From: Kiritimatiellia bacterium
Lineage (GTDB): Bacteria; Verrucomicrobiota; Kiritimatiellia; JAAZAB01
Length of the DNA stretch: 64,000 bases
Direction: 5' to 3'
Assembly: GCA_040767085.1 (NCBI GenBank)
Contig: JAXGPF010000012.1
Span: forward strand, 96,001 to 160,000
The translations under genes were made by a program, and so were the position numbers. The stretch's first letter is position 1. The number at the start of each line of letters is the position of its first letter. The notes beneath the pieces are model-generated. The model saw only the letters and a program-made list of their open reading frames with translations. It searched no databases and was not told the origin of the DNA. Positions 36,711 to 47,021 of the stretch are shown piece after piece.

Positions 36711-37445
36711 TTAAAGTGCAACACTCAGGCCGGAAATCAGGGCCAGATCGTTCCTGTCCTTCCCGGCCGCCGGCGTGTTGTTGTATTTGTCCTGGAATAC
36801 CACGCGGAGCTTCAGGCGCGAGTTGAGGGCTGCTTCCGCGCCAACCTCGGCGTTGAAGAGATATTGGTCGAAATCGTCAGCCTTGGGCAGGTATTCCGCC
36901 GCCTGCCATAAATTGGCGGTGGGGCTCAGGGCAAAATCCATCCGCTCGCCCAGGCGCAAGGCCAGGTAATCTTCGCTGGCGCCGTCAAGTTTCTCGGCAA
37001 TGTACGCCGGGCCGGCTTCGATGGAAAAGGTCAGCCGGTCGTTCTTGACCACGTACGCGCCCGCGCCGGGGCTGACGATCACGCGGTAATCTACTTTCGC
37101 GATGTCGTCATACAGCGCGGAGGCGTCCAGCGACGCGAATGTCCGCGGACTCAGCGTTTTCTTGACGTTGCCGTACCCGCGCACGTTTTCGATGGTGGTC
37201 TCGTTTTTGTCTTCCACCTTGCTCTCGCCGTAATTGCCTTCCACGCCCGCCCGGTAGGACCCCAGCCCTTCCTTATCGCCGAAACTGACGATGCTGCCGT
37301 TCAGCAGCATGGTATCGCTGTTACCGTCAGTCAACGTAAAACCAATATTTAGGGTATTGGTGATAAGCGAGGGGGCGGCCTCCTGCGCCAGGGCGGCGCC
37401 CGCGGCGCCGCCGATCAAAACCATTGCAAGCATCAACTGTTTCAT
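36711..37445 (-). CDS. DUF481/YdiY-like outer-membrane beta-barrel protein
   Basis: Signal peptide, G...TDGNSDT, alternating beta-strand pattern, YNNTP. Confidence 0.78.
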   Translation of the reverse strand: MKQLMLAMVLIGGAAGAALAQEAAPSLITNTLNIGFTLTDGNSDTMLLNGSIVSFGDKEGLGSYRAGVEGNYGESKVEDKNETTIENVRGYGNVKKTLSPRTFASLDASALYDDIAKVDYRVIVSPGAGAYVVKNDRLTFSIEAGPAYIAEKLDGASEDYLALRLGERMDFALSPTANLWQAAEYLPKADDFDQYLFNAEVGAEAALNSRLKLRVVFQDKYNNTPAAGKDRNDLALISGLSVAL

Positions 37446-37480
37446 GATGTTTTTTATCCTTTTTTCGTTTTAATCCAACC

Positions 37481-37822
37481 TCAGGCTTTCTTTTCCGCCG
37501 CTTCCTGTTTCCGCCGCATCGTGTTTAAAGCCTTGACGAGCAGAAACACCGCCCAGGCAATGATCAAAAAGTCCACGATCGTCTGGACGCATTTGCCGTA
37601 ATTCAAGGTGACGGCCGCGGCATCGCCGGCGGCGGCTTTCAAGGTGACGGCCAGGTCGGAAAAATTCACGCCGCCCAGCAGCAGGCCGATAGGAGGCATG
37701 ATCACATCGTTCACCACGGACGTGACGATTTTGCCGAAGGCGCCGCCGATGATAATGCCGACGGCCATGTCCACAACATTTCCTTTGACCGCGAATTCGC
37801 GGAATTCACTCATCATGCTCAT
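37481..37822 (-). CDS. mscL: Large-conductance mechanosensitive channel
   Basis: [36 protein letters not shown]. Confidence 0.97.
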   Translation of the reverse strand: MSMMSEFREFAVKGNVVDMAVGIIIGGAFGKIVTSVVNDVIMPPIGLLLGGVNFSDLAVTLKAAAGDAAAVTLNYGKCVQTIVDFLIIAWAVFLLVKALNTMRRKQEAAEKKA

Positions 37823-38046
37823 ATGGATGTCTTTCTTTTACTTGTTTATACGGCCCCAGGCGGGCATCTGGCCGCAACCAAGGGCGGTCAGCCACTGACC
37901 ACCGGATCTGTAATCAATCGAATATTGTCGGCCCTCCTTTTCATCGCGGCGCTCTGATTTCCGGCGCCTGGCCGCCGCGCCCTGAATTTCCGGGCTGCGG
38001 CGGCGTGGGATTGATCATTTTTTGTTAAAAATATTCAGACGGCGGT

Positions 38047-39582
38047 TCAGGCTCCGGTTGCCGGACTTCCCGCGTGCAATTCCTGGAGGAGTTTCAGGGT
38101 TTCCTCCACGAGTTCCTGGCCGCCCTGTGGCGATACCAGGTTGCAGAACATGCTGGCGCTGTAGCCCTTGCCCCAGGCGCCGCGTTCGGTGCAGAGGTAG
38201 GTGCCGCCATCTTCGCCGGGCTGGCCGGCCAATTGAATGATGAAAGTCTGCGCGAACGGACTGCGCGCCTGGATGCGGTGCTGGAAGTCCATGTACAACT
38301 CGAACCGGTTGGAGGCGAACGCAATTTCGCCCAGCCGGATCACGTGCAGTTCCATGGGTAATTTGGGGTTTTGCCGCTGTTCGCGGTATCGGTTAATGAC
38401 GCGGATGAAGCGGTTGCGGCTGGCTACCAGGATGGAATTATGGCGCAGGCATTCCTTGGGCGAACCATCCGTCTTGAATGGTTGTTGCATCAACTCCGCC
38501 AGGCCGTTGCAGGCGTATTGGTATTCGTCATCGGCGATCAGTCGCCGGCTTAAGTTCACCGTGGCCACCGCGTGGGCCAGCGGGAGGTCGGTCCGGATGT
38601 CCTTCCGCGCCCAGGCCAGCACTTCGTCGAAGGCGGCGGCCGCGCGTTCGGCGATGTCCCGGCGGGCGGCCAGTTCGGTCTTCAAATCGCCGTATTTGAG
38701 CTTGAAACGGCGAGCCTGGGCCTGGTTGTAATGCAGGATGCGCGGAGCCAGATCCCCGCCGGCGGCGCACTGGGGCAGGATGAAAATATCGCCGTGCCGC
38801 TGCCGGATGGCCGCGCGCACATCGTGCCAGTAATCGGCCGAGAGCTTGTATTCGGACTCCGAATTCTGCGAAGGGCAGGGGATATTGATGATTGCGCCCG
38901 TGAGTTTGCCTTGCAGGTCGAAGGTGTAAAGCAGGTTGACGAAATGGTCGGCGCCCGCCTCGTAATGGCTGAAATTGGGATCGTTGGTTTTGCCGTACAT
39001 CATGGCATGGCCGTTGACGCTGCTGCGGGAATTGGACACGGCGCCGGGCCGCCGGGAAGTGTCGTCGAAATACACCACGCGCCGGCTGTGGGCGACCACC
39101 GCGTAGCCGTAGCCGTAGGCCACGCCGGCCGGGGCGCGCCGGGCATAGGCTTCACAGACGGCGCCGGCCGCCTGGTCGGCCAGGAAATGCCGGTAATCGT
39201 CGCTGGAGGCAATCTCGATTCCCGCCTGCGGCACCTCGCTGGCCATGGGAGTGGAAATATTGTTGTTAAGATCGCTGGCGCGGTCGGCATAATGGCTTGG
39301 GCCGGTGTGGGTGTGGGTGGCGTTCATTAAAATCTTCGCGGTGGGGATGGCGGGATTGCCCTGCCACGCGGGCGCGCACTTCATCCAGCAGCCTGGAACG
39401 GATCACCACCAGGTCGGCGGAAAGGAAAAACGGCCAGGTCGTTGCCATTGTCAATGACGAGGGCGGTCACCGTCACCGGATCGAGGACGCCTTCGGAAAT
39501 CCGCATGTGGAACTGGCCGGGGATATTAATCGGTTTATCCGTGGTGACATCGCGCGAAGCCCAGCCGATTTTGAGGGTTCAT
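38047..39582 (-). pseudogene. Neutral/alkaline ceramidase-like hydrolase with three 5' frameshifts (real or sequencing error)
   Basis: Segments TLKIGWASRDVT..DPVTVTALV / FLSADLV / NATHTHTG lie in different frames; SADY, GDLAP, FELY, GGTY follow in the long ORF. Confidence 0.7.
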
Positions 39583-39618
39583 GAATTTGATCCTTGGTGG
39601 TGTAAAAGTGTCCGGCCT

Positions 39619-40179
39619 TTACCATGAAACACCGGTGATGTCACGCTGAACTCGCCGGCGGCGGGCCTGGATGTAACGGCCGGCCAGCAGGCAAACGCAG
39701 AGGCTCGCTAACACCAGCGCCGGCCAGCGCGCCAGCCAGGGCGTCCGCCACCAGTTCACGCCGTTGAAGCGGTAATCCGAGAGCGGGAAGAAAACCGGCG
39801 GCAAACCGTCCATGCGTCAGCATATCCGTGACAATATGCAGCGGCCAGGCCAGCATGGCCAGCGCCAGCGGGCGATGCCAGCGCTGCAGCCAGAACGCAC
39901 AAGCCGGCGATCAAAACGCCAGTGGGTCAGGTTATACAGCGTGAAAATATACGGCGGGACGGCATGCCAGCCCATGTGTCCATGCCGGATGACATGGTGG
40001 GCCAGGTGCAGGCCGATGAAGCCAGGTCCGGGAAAATGCCGAAAAACAAGGCTGCGCCGAAAGTCCAGTCAATCATTCGCGGCCGGCCGTCCCGGCCGGG
40101 ATTGGCCGCGCCGGCCGCCGGCGAGCCTTGTGCGGCTGCACAGGGTTGCCCCCATCAAAGCATGTGTGAGTATGTCCAT
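39619..40179 (-). pseudogene. Membrane metal-dependent hydrolase-like gene (YdjM type) with about five frameshifts
   Basis: MDILTHAL, FGIFPDL, YNLTH, LHIVTDMLTH, FFPLS motifs spread over all three frames. Confidence 0.65.
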
Positions 40180-40205
40180 GATTTATCCTGCCGCTCGGGC
40201 CCGCT

Positions 40206-41722
40206 TCATTCGCTCCGCCGGCCGCCATAGACGCGCAGGGCGTTGCCGCGCAGGATCTGGACCAGAGCGGCATCCGGCTGCGCGAACCGAGCGCAACGCC
40301 CAGTTCGCAGCGCGGGTCGAACCAGTCGACATCGGTGCCGAAAATGATTCTCTCCGCGCCGATGGCGCCGGCAAAGGCGTCCACCATGCCGTTGTGAAAA
40401 TAGTCGCCGGCCAGGTCCACGTGCACGTTGGGGAAGTCGCGGCACACCTGGACCGTCGCGGCGAAGGCCGACGGCCGGCCGCCGGCATGCCCCAGCACGA
40501 AGGGCGCGCCTTGCAGCCGGGGCAGGTGTTTACGGAAACGGTCCGGGTGCCCCTTGAATTGTTCCGGATTGTAGTCGGAGATTTCCCAGCTATGGGTCAT
40601 GATGGTTTTGCCGGACGCGGCGGACAGGTCGAAAATCCGGGCGTAGGCATCGTCATCCGCCGGCGCCTTGTGGGTTACCGGGTGAATCTTGATGCCGGCG
40701 CATGCCGGGTCGGCCAGGGATGCGCGCACGCGTTCGAAATGCGCCGCATCGCCGCGGGGATGGAATATTTCCAGGTAGCGAAACCGGTGCGGCGCATGCC
40801 GGCGCAGGCGGGCGGTGTAATCCCGGCAGGTGATATGGGGATCAAACAAGGCCTCGCCGGGGATGAGATACAATTGCTCGAAAGCGATGGCATCCATGCG
40901 CTCAATCCAATCCGCGGGCGTGAAATTCACGTCCGGCGTCGGCATGTTATATACATCCGGCGCACCGGGCTGGAGGTTGTGCGCATGGGCGTCAATGATG
41001 AAGGGCGGCGGCGCCTGGAATTCAATCGCGGACGGATGCGTTTCCGGCAGCCCAAGCAGCCGGCGCAGGTTGTTGCCCGCAATGGCGCATTTGGTCTGCC
41101 AGTCGAATTCGCCCATGATGACCGGCGCCATGGCGGCGTCAGCGGAAAACAGGGGCAGATGCGAACCGTACAGCAATTTGCCGCCTAGCCCCATGGCGAT
41201 CAATTCTTCGTGGCCGCGCCAATTGCAGAAATTATAGGTGCATAGATAAACATTAGGACAGGCGCGCAGAATTTGTTTTACGGCCGTGTAATGGTAAATC
41301 AGTTTGCGGGGGCCGGACTCTATGATGATCTTGAGGGACGGGCGCGCCTGGGCCAGGCTTTGGATTGCGGCGAAATCCAGGTCGGTATGCAGGATCGCCA
41401 GGGGCATGCCGGCCTGCGCCATGCGGTCAAAAAGCGCGCCGCAGGTCTCCGGCCGGAAGGCGCGCGGTGCCAGGCGCAGCAGCCGGACGCCATCCGCGTC
41501 CCGCAGGCGGGGGAGGCTGGCGGCAAGTTGCGGGTCAGCCGGGGCTGCCTTGGCAAAATCGGTCTGAATGGGTGCGGCCTGTGTCGGAAAAGCGGCGGGC
41601 TCCGCCGGCCAGACCGACGCATCCAGCCAGGGCAGGGCATTTTTGACTTTTTGATAGGACTGGCGGAGCGCGGCGAGGCGGGCCGGAATATCCGCGCCGG
41701 CGGTTTCGGTATTGGATTGCAT
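40206..41722 (-). CDS. Amidohydrolase_2 family protein (partial + full domain tandem); frameshift near 40280
   Basis: LLYGSHLP..GNNLRRL, then IDAHAH, GIKIHP, LGHAGG, IFGTD; the expected end ILRGNALRVY is in another frame ending at 40206. Confidence 0.78.
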
Positions 41723-41789
41723 GCGGGAAGGCCCTTTCGTTGAAAGAGGGTTCACACGGAGTGGAGAGAATCCAGAATAAAGAAATTTA

Positions 41790-41936
41790 TCACACAAAGG
41801 CGCGAAGCCACGAAGTAAGAATAAACGAGAAAACATGACTGTGTTATTCCGTGATATTTAAACCGTTGCTCCTTTGTGGCTTTGCCCCTTTTTGTGTTTC
41901 ACATAACCTTTCGCTCCTGCCACGCAAGGTGGCAGG
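41790..41936. repeat. Inverted-repeat element with periodic arms, plus CCTGCCAC-GTGGCAGG hairpin
   Basis: CACACAAAGGCGCGAAGCCACGAAG ... CTTTGTGGCTTTGCCCCTTTTTGTG; hairpin at 41916-41936. Confidence 0.55.
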
Positions 41937-41951
41937 GGGCGGCTTTCAAAA

Positions 41952-43382
41952 TTAACTCATAAGAAAACATGCCAAGCCCTGCAAATGCGCCAGTTTTTGC
42001 ACCCGCGCGCTATGGCGCCCGGGGAGCGCGATCAGGTGGTGCGGTCCGCCCGCCAGGCTGTAGCGGTTGAGGAAGGCCCCGGCCGGCTCATCGAGCTGCA
42101 CCATCCAGTGGGGAATATCCAATCCCGGCAAGGGCTCAATATCGGCGACTTGCGTTTCATAGGTCACGTACTGCAGGACGTTCCCCGGGCCGGCAGTCAG
42201 GGCGGTCAGCGTCACCGGGCCGGGTTCCAGCGTGAACCACATGCCGGCGTAAGGCTGGATGCCGGGCGCCCAGAAATCTTTTTTCACCAGCCGGATTTTG
42301 CGGTCGCGGCGCGCCAGGGCGGGATTGCATTCCTGCATATGGGTCATCAGCAGGCGGTTGCGCCGGTAATCAATGGTGTAGATTTCGGTGAAATTCGCCG
42401 CGCCGGCCAGCGTCCGCAGCAGCGCCATCTGCGCGGCGCGCAGCACATCGCCTTCGCCGGCGTAGCCCAGCCCTTCGGCGATCAGTTTATTGATGCCGGT
42501 GAACGGCAGCGTTCCGATGCCGGGCTGGTCAAGCAAATCCAGGAAATTCATCGTGAAGGCGTCCAGGCGATGATCGGCGACCACCCGGCGCAAGGCGGCT
42601 TCCAGCCGGGCGGAAAGGCGGTGGATCGGCGGGATGACTTCGGGGGCAATTTCAAAGCGATCATGGTCGCGGGCGATCATCCGGTCAATCTCCGGTTCGG
42701 GAACGGCATTTTTCACGGCGATAAAGTCCGGGATGGACAGCGGCACAACCTGGAAGCCCAGAATTTTTTCCAACGCCGCGGCATCATACTGAAAATCATC
42801 CATCCCGGCAAACGGGCGACCCAGCAGCCCGACGCGCCTGATGCGCCCGTGTTGGCAGGCGCGGGCAGCCTGCAGCCATTCCGCCAGCCGCGCCAGCGCC
42901 GCCTGGTCGCGATAATGGCCGGACTCCATCCCGAAGATTTTGCCGTCGCGCAGGAGCACGCTGGTCAGGTCCTGGGTGCCCTGGGTGACGTGGTTCATCA
43001 GGAGATCGTCAAAATCGTAGGATGCGGCGATGGTTTCCGCTTCCTGGGTATTCCAGATGATCAGCGGCAGGCTGGTACGCCGCAGAATGGGCGCGATCAC
43101 GCCGCTGCAGGCGTATGATAGCGGAATCAGCAGGATGGCATCGGCCTGGTTTTTCTCCGCGGCGGCGACTTGCGCCTCCGCCTGGTCTGCTGTGAAGCAC
43201 AAATCGGCGGATACGCAGGCGATGCCGGCGTGTTCCTGGATGGCGGAGCAGAACCGGCCGAGTTGCGCGCGCAGCCGATCCATGTAGCCCGGAAATTTCC
43301 GGCTGTAAAGTTCCAGCGTGAATCCGATAACCGCCGCTTTGGGCGGGAGCGCGGGGTTGAGAGTTGACGGTGTGGTGTTCAT
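41952..43382 (-). CDS. L-arabinose isomerase-like sugar isomerase (AraA/FucI family)
   Basis: GYAGEGD, FTE.Y, HMQE, GGPHH metal-site motifs. Confidence 0.8.
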   Translation of the reverse strand: MNTTPSTLNPALPPKAAVIGFTLELYSRKFPGYMDRLRAQLGRFCSAIQEHAGIACVSADLCFTADQAEAQVAAAEKNQADAILLIPLSYACSGVIAPILRRTSLPLIIWNTQEAETIAASYDFDDLLMNHVTQGTQDLTSVLLRDGKIFGMESGHYRDQAALARLAEWLQAARACQHGRIRRVGLLGRPFAGMDDFQYDAAALEKILGFQVVPLSIPDFIAVKNAVPEPEIDRMIARDHDRFEIAPEVIPPIHRLSARLEAALRRVVADHRLDAFTMNFLDLLDQPGIGTLPFTGINKLIAEGLGYAGEGDVLRAAQMALLRTLAGAANFTEIYTIDYRRNRLLMTHMQECNPALARRDRKIRLVKKDFWAPGIQPYAGMWFTLEPGPVTLTALTAGPGNVLQYVTYETQVADIEPLPGLDIPHWMVQLDEPAGAFLNRYSLAGGPHHLIALPGRHSARVQKLAHLQGLACFLMS

Positions 43383-43439
43383 TTAACCTTTATACCAGAC
43401 CTGAAATTAAAAATCCATGCGAAAGCCTGGCGTAGGCAC

Positions 43440-43620
43440 GGCTGCTTCATTCTCGGCGGCTCGCTCCCGCGCCAGCCGGGACAAGCCGGAGGTTTACCCC
43501 GCTTTGAGCGGGGTCTCGCCCCACCCGGGGAATCTGCTGAAGGTAGGGCGAGGTCTCCCTGCGGGCTGCGCTATGCAGGGCAAGCCGTACCGAGCCGTCT
43601 GTTCTGAGAATGACGCAGCC
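43440..43620. repeat. ~180-bp compound palindrome (REPIN-like) with nested hairpin inserts
   Basis: Outer arms GGCTGCTTCATTCTCGG/CTGAGAATGACGCAGCC; inner CGGCTCG..TCTCGCCCCAC and GTAGGGCGAGGTCTCC..CGAGCCG. Confidence 0.7.
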
Positions 43621-43671
43621 CTGCTGGTGCAGGCGGACGTGCCGCAATCCGGATGCGCGCCATCAGCGGAT

Positions 43672-44571
43672 TTATCGTAGACGTGTCGCGCCGGAGCCTG
43701 GCGCAGGCGGACGGTGGCCGGCGCGGAGATCAGCTTGGGGTTGGCGGACCAGAAACTCGGTGGGCGCGCAGCCAAAATGCCGGTGGAAGACCTTGGAAAA
43801 ATAGTGCGGGTCGTCGAATCCCACGGCGTAGGCTGCCTCGGCCACGGTCTGGCGCCCGTCGGTCAGCCGCATTTTCGCTTTTTGCATGCGCACTTCCGTC
43901 AGGAAGGCAAAGAGGGTGAATTTGGTCTCCTGCCGGAACACGCGGGAGAGGTAATACGGGCTGACTTTCAACGCGGCCGCAATGGCGTCCAGGGAAAGAT
44001 GCTCGGCATAGTGCCGGCCGATATAATTCTTGGCCTGTTCCAGCAGCAGATGCTGGCGGGTGGGCTGGCTGCCGGTGCGGGCGGAATCCGGGATGGGGTT
44101 ATGATTTTGCTGGCGATAAATCAGCATGAGCAGGGTCATGAGACGCGCGCCCGCGATGGCGCGGTCAACCAGCAGGTTGTCCGAGGCGTCCGTGCGCAAG
44201 TCTTCGAGCAGGCGCCGGAGGCTGTGTTCGCGCAGGGGGATGAGGATGGGGCGCAGCGGGCGGCGGAACGCCTTGAAAAAAGCGCGTTCGTGTTCCCATT
44301 CCATGCTGCAGAAGAATACCTCGATATCGTCGCGCGCGTTGATGGCGTCGCGGTGCTTGACACTGGAAGGGATCAGCACCAGGTCGCCGTCCTGGGCGGC
44401 CAGTTCCGCGCGCGCGGAACAGACGGTGATGCGGCCGCGCAGGACATGCAGGATTTCAAACCCGTTGGGATTGTGGACGCGCTGGCTCCAGACCGGATCG
44501 AACATCATCCGCCCGATGATTTTCACCCGCGGGAGACTGGTCCAGGCCCTGGAAGTATCCTGAGTTTGCAT
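43672..44571 (-). CDS. AraC family transcriptional regulator
   Basis: Cupin N-domain (H...E..H), SPYYLSRVF, VGFDDPHYFSKVF...FG..P. Confidence 0.93.
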   Translation of the reverse strand: MQTQDTSRAWTSLPRVKIIGRMMFDPVWSQRVHNPNGFEILHVLRGRITVCSARAELAAQDGDLVLIPSSVKHRDAINARDDIEVFFCSMEWEHERAFFKAFRRPLRPILIPLREHSLRRLLEDLRTDASDNLLVDRAIAGARLMTLLMLIYRQQNHNPIPDSARTGSQPTRQHLLLEQAKNYIGRHYAEHLSLDAIAAALKVSPYYLSRVFRQETKFTLFAFLTEVRMQKAKMRLTDGRQTVAEAAYAVGFDDPHYFSKVFHRHFGCAPTEFLVRQPQADLRAGHRPPAPGSGATRLR

Positions 44572-44647
44572 AGTGTAGCATGGTGCAATAAATTACACCA
44601 AAACGCAATATTTTTCAGTTGGCAAGCGCGCGGCGAAGGAGCATATT
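44515..44647 (+). promoter_or_regulatory. Cassette promoter segment, copy 1 (TTGGCA-17-CATATT)
   Basis: ~120 bp similar to 52942-53063; -35 at 44619-44624, -10 at 44642-44647. Confidence 0.6.
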
Positions 44648-44696
44648 AAGCTTGAAAGAATGTTTTGCGCATTGCGCCTGAACAGGGAGCGCGGGT

Positions 44697-46976
44697 ATGA
44701 TTCTGAAAAAACCGGCTGGTATATTTGCGGGTATGATGACGGCCATGTCCGTTATGGCGGAGGCGGCGTGCATGGACAACCTTATGGCGGATGAACGGGC
44801 GCTGCCGTTTTACACCGGTGAAATCCAACCCGTTCCACAGCAAGCCGTGTACCAGGATGTCTTCATGCCCTTGACGCGCTGTTGCCTGCTGCTGGGCGAC
44901 GGGCTGGAAGCATCTGACCAGCGCGTAAACTTGCTGGCCGAGCGCATCCGCCGTTATGGCGGCCGCGTTGAGATCGTCGCGACGCCGGAGGCGCCCGGCG
45001 ATGTGCTCTTCCTGATCGGCTCCACCGGGCGGCATGCGGAACTGTTGGCAGGGCGGGTCGTTCCCGCCCGCCCGGAAGGCTACTTGATTCACGCCGCCAA
45101 ATCCGCGCAGCGGCATGTTATCTTTCTGCAGGGTCATGATTTTCACGGGTTGCTGTGGGCCATCACGGCTTTTAACCAACTGGTGACAGTCCGCGAGAAT
45201 CAGCCCGTGGCGCGCGGGGCAACCATCCTGGATTACCCCGATGCCCCCGGTCGGCGCGCTTATACGCCTTTCCAGGACGACGACGATGCGACTATGGCCT
45301 GGTTTGGCGTGAATGTTGTGCGGGCGAATTTCATCCAGTACCGGCAGGTGCGGATGCTCTACCGGCAGATGCCGCAACCGTGGGCCAAGGTTGACTGGCG
45401 GATGCCGTTGAGAGACGAAAAGGTGTTCCAGGGATGGGAGTCGCGCATCCGTAAAATTGGCGCTTATCTGAATCCTTTGCGGATTGCCTGGTGCGATGCT
45501 ATGCAGCCGCTGAGTTCCGTGCGGACGGAAGACCTGGTGCGTTCCAAATCCGAGGAAGATATCCATTTGGCCGCCAAGGTCGGCTTGTCGCTGGCGGCTG
45601 CCGGCGGACATCTGATGATCATGTACGATGACTTCCGCTTTCCCATTCATCCCGATGACGTGCGCGATTTCAAGTTTGCGCGCGCCGCGGACGTTTATTT
45701 TTTAAACCGGGTTTATGAGGCGGTTGCCGTCAAATACCCGGAATTCAAAATTTATTTTTGTCCGCCGTTCTATTGGGGCGGCGGAGAAAAAGACGACACC
45801 GCCACCTACGGCGAGTCCCGCGACGAATATCTCAAGGCCATCGGCGCGGGGCTGCCGCCGGCGATTGAAATATTCTGGACCGGTTCGCGCGTCAAATCCA
45901 ATGTGGTGACCCGGGAGCAGGTAGCTTGGATTACGGGTTTGATCAAACGCAAGCCGGTGTTCTGGCAGAATGCCTGCGGCACTTTTCGCGGTGGCAGCCC
46001 GTACTATGCCTATCCCGGCCTGGATCCCATGCGGGCCTGGAAGGATTGGTATTATGACGGTTTTTACAATGACTTGCAGTATTATGCCTACAATGGCGAA
46101 TATGCTTATATCACCATGACTTTGCACGATGCCATGTGGAATACGCAGGCTTATGATCCGGCGGCATCGGGTGTGATGGCGGCCAAAAAACTGACGGGGC
46201 CGGACAATTATCAGAAGCTATTGGAGTTGTACGGCCAATTGGAAAAACTTGATCAGTACGGCTGGTTGACTCCCACGGCCCTGGCCGCCAGAAATATCGG
46301 GGAAGTCCGCGCGCACACCGCCCGCCTGGTTGAATTGTACGAAGCCGCCCCGCCGGTTTTGAAGAGCCGCTGGATGCAATTGCCGGAGTTTGTCCAATGG
46401 AAGCAAAGTTACCTGGTAAAATTGATGAAAAACCCGCAGTTGGAAAAACTGGCGGAAGTTGACAGGCTGGTGCGGGAATTGGCGATTAAGGAAACCGGCC
46501 TGCAGCCGGATGCGCCGGGTTTGATCTTGACGCCTAACGACTTTCAAGCCGGCCGACAGCCGCAATACTACGCCTGGCGGGATGCCGGCCGCAGGCATGT
46601 CATCTGGATCAACGGCGCGCGCTCGGCGGCGCCGGACATGGCAGCAGTTTTTCAGTTGCCCTATGCGCTTGCCGGAGGCTCATCGCTGGCGATCGCGGGG
46701 TTGGACCATAATGCCGCGCCGCCATGCCGCATAAGAATTCTGATGAATGGCAACCAGGTGTTTGCAGGCGCGAATCCTTTCAGGTCCGATCGATGGACGG
46801 TGCAAACTTTTGAAGTCAAGGGAGCCTATCTGCGGGATGGCGCGCCCAACACCCTCAAAATCGAAAACCTGGAAGACGCCGACAGTATGACCAGCGCGCC
46901 CTGGTTTATGCTGAACTACGCGGTATTGCGTCCGGCAGGTTCCGCGGTGGGCATCGCCGCGGAGGAAGGGCGTTGA
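44697..46976 (+). CDS. Secreted GH84-like (beta-N-acetylglucosaminidase) protein with GH20-type domain 2
   Basis: Signal peptide, PEGY.I, DYP, MYDDF, FCPPFY, LPPAIEIFWTG, RKPVFWQN. Confidence 0.72.
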   Translation: MILKKPAGIFAGMMTAMSVMAEAACMDNLMADERALPFYTGEIQPVPQQAVYQDVFMPLTRCCLLLGDGLEASDQRVNLLAERIRRYGGRVEIVATPEAPGDVLFLIGSTGRHAELLAGRVVPARPEGYLIHAAKSAQRHVIFLQGHDFHGLLWAITAFNQLVTVRENQPVARGATILDYPDAPGRRAYTPFQDDDDATMAWFGVNVVRANFIQYRQVRMLYRQMPQPWAKVDWRMPLRDEKVFQGWESRIRKIGAYLNPLRIAWCDAMQPLSSVRTEDLVRSKSEEDIHLAAKVGLSLAAAGGHLMIMYDDFRFPIHPDDVRDFKFARAADVYFLNRVYEAVAVKYPEFKIYFCPPFYWGGGEKDDTATYGESRDEYLKAIGAGLPPAIEIFWTGSRVKSNVVTREQVAWITGLIKRKPVFWQNACGTFRGGSPYYAYPGLDPMRAWKDWYYDGFYNDLQYYAYNGEYAYITMTLHDAMWNTQAYDPAASGVMAAKKLTGPDNYQKLLELYGQLEKLDQYGWLTPTALAARNIGEVRAHTARLVELYEAAPPVLKSRWMQLPEFVQWKQSYLVKLMKNPQLEKLAEVDRLVRELAIKETGLQPDAPGLILTPNDFQAGRQPQYYAWRDAGRRHVIWINGARSAAPDMAAVFQLPYALAGGSSLAIAGLDHNAAPPCRIRILMNGNQVFAGANPFRSDRWTVQTFEVKGAYLRDGAPNTLKIENLEDADSMTSAPWFMLNYAVLRPAGSAVGIAAEEGR

Positions 46977-47021
46977 TGTGTCCGGCTCGCTGCCGGAGTT
47001 GATCCTGTCGTCAAAGTCCGG

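Noticed and set aside
40073-40205. C-terminal extension of the amidohydrolase to 40073
   Set aside because: Result of the frameshift near 40280; it overlaps the start of the next gene.
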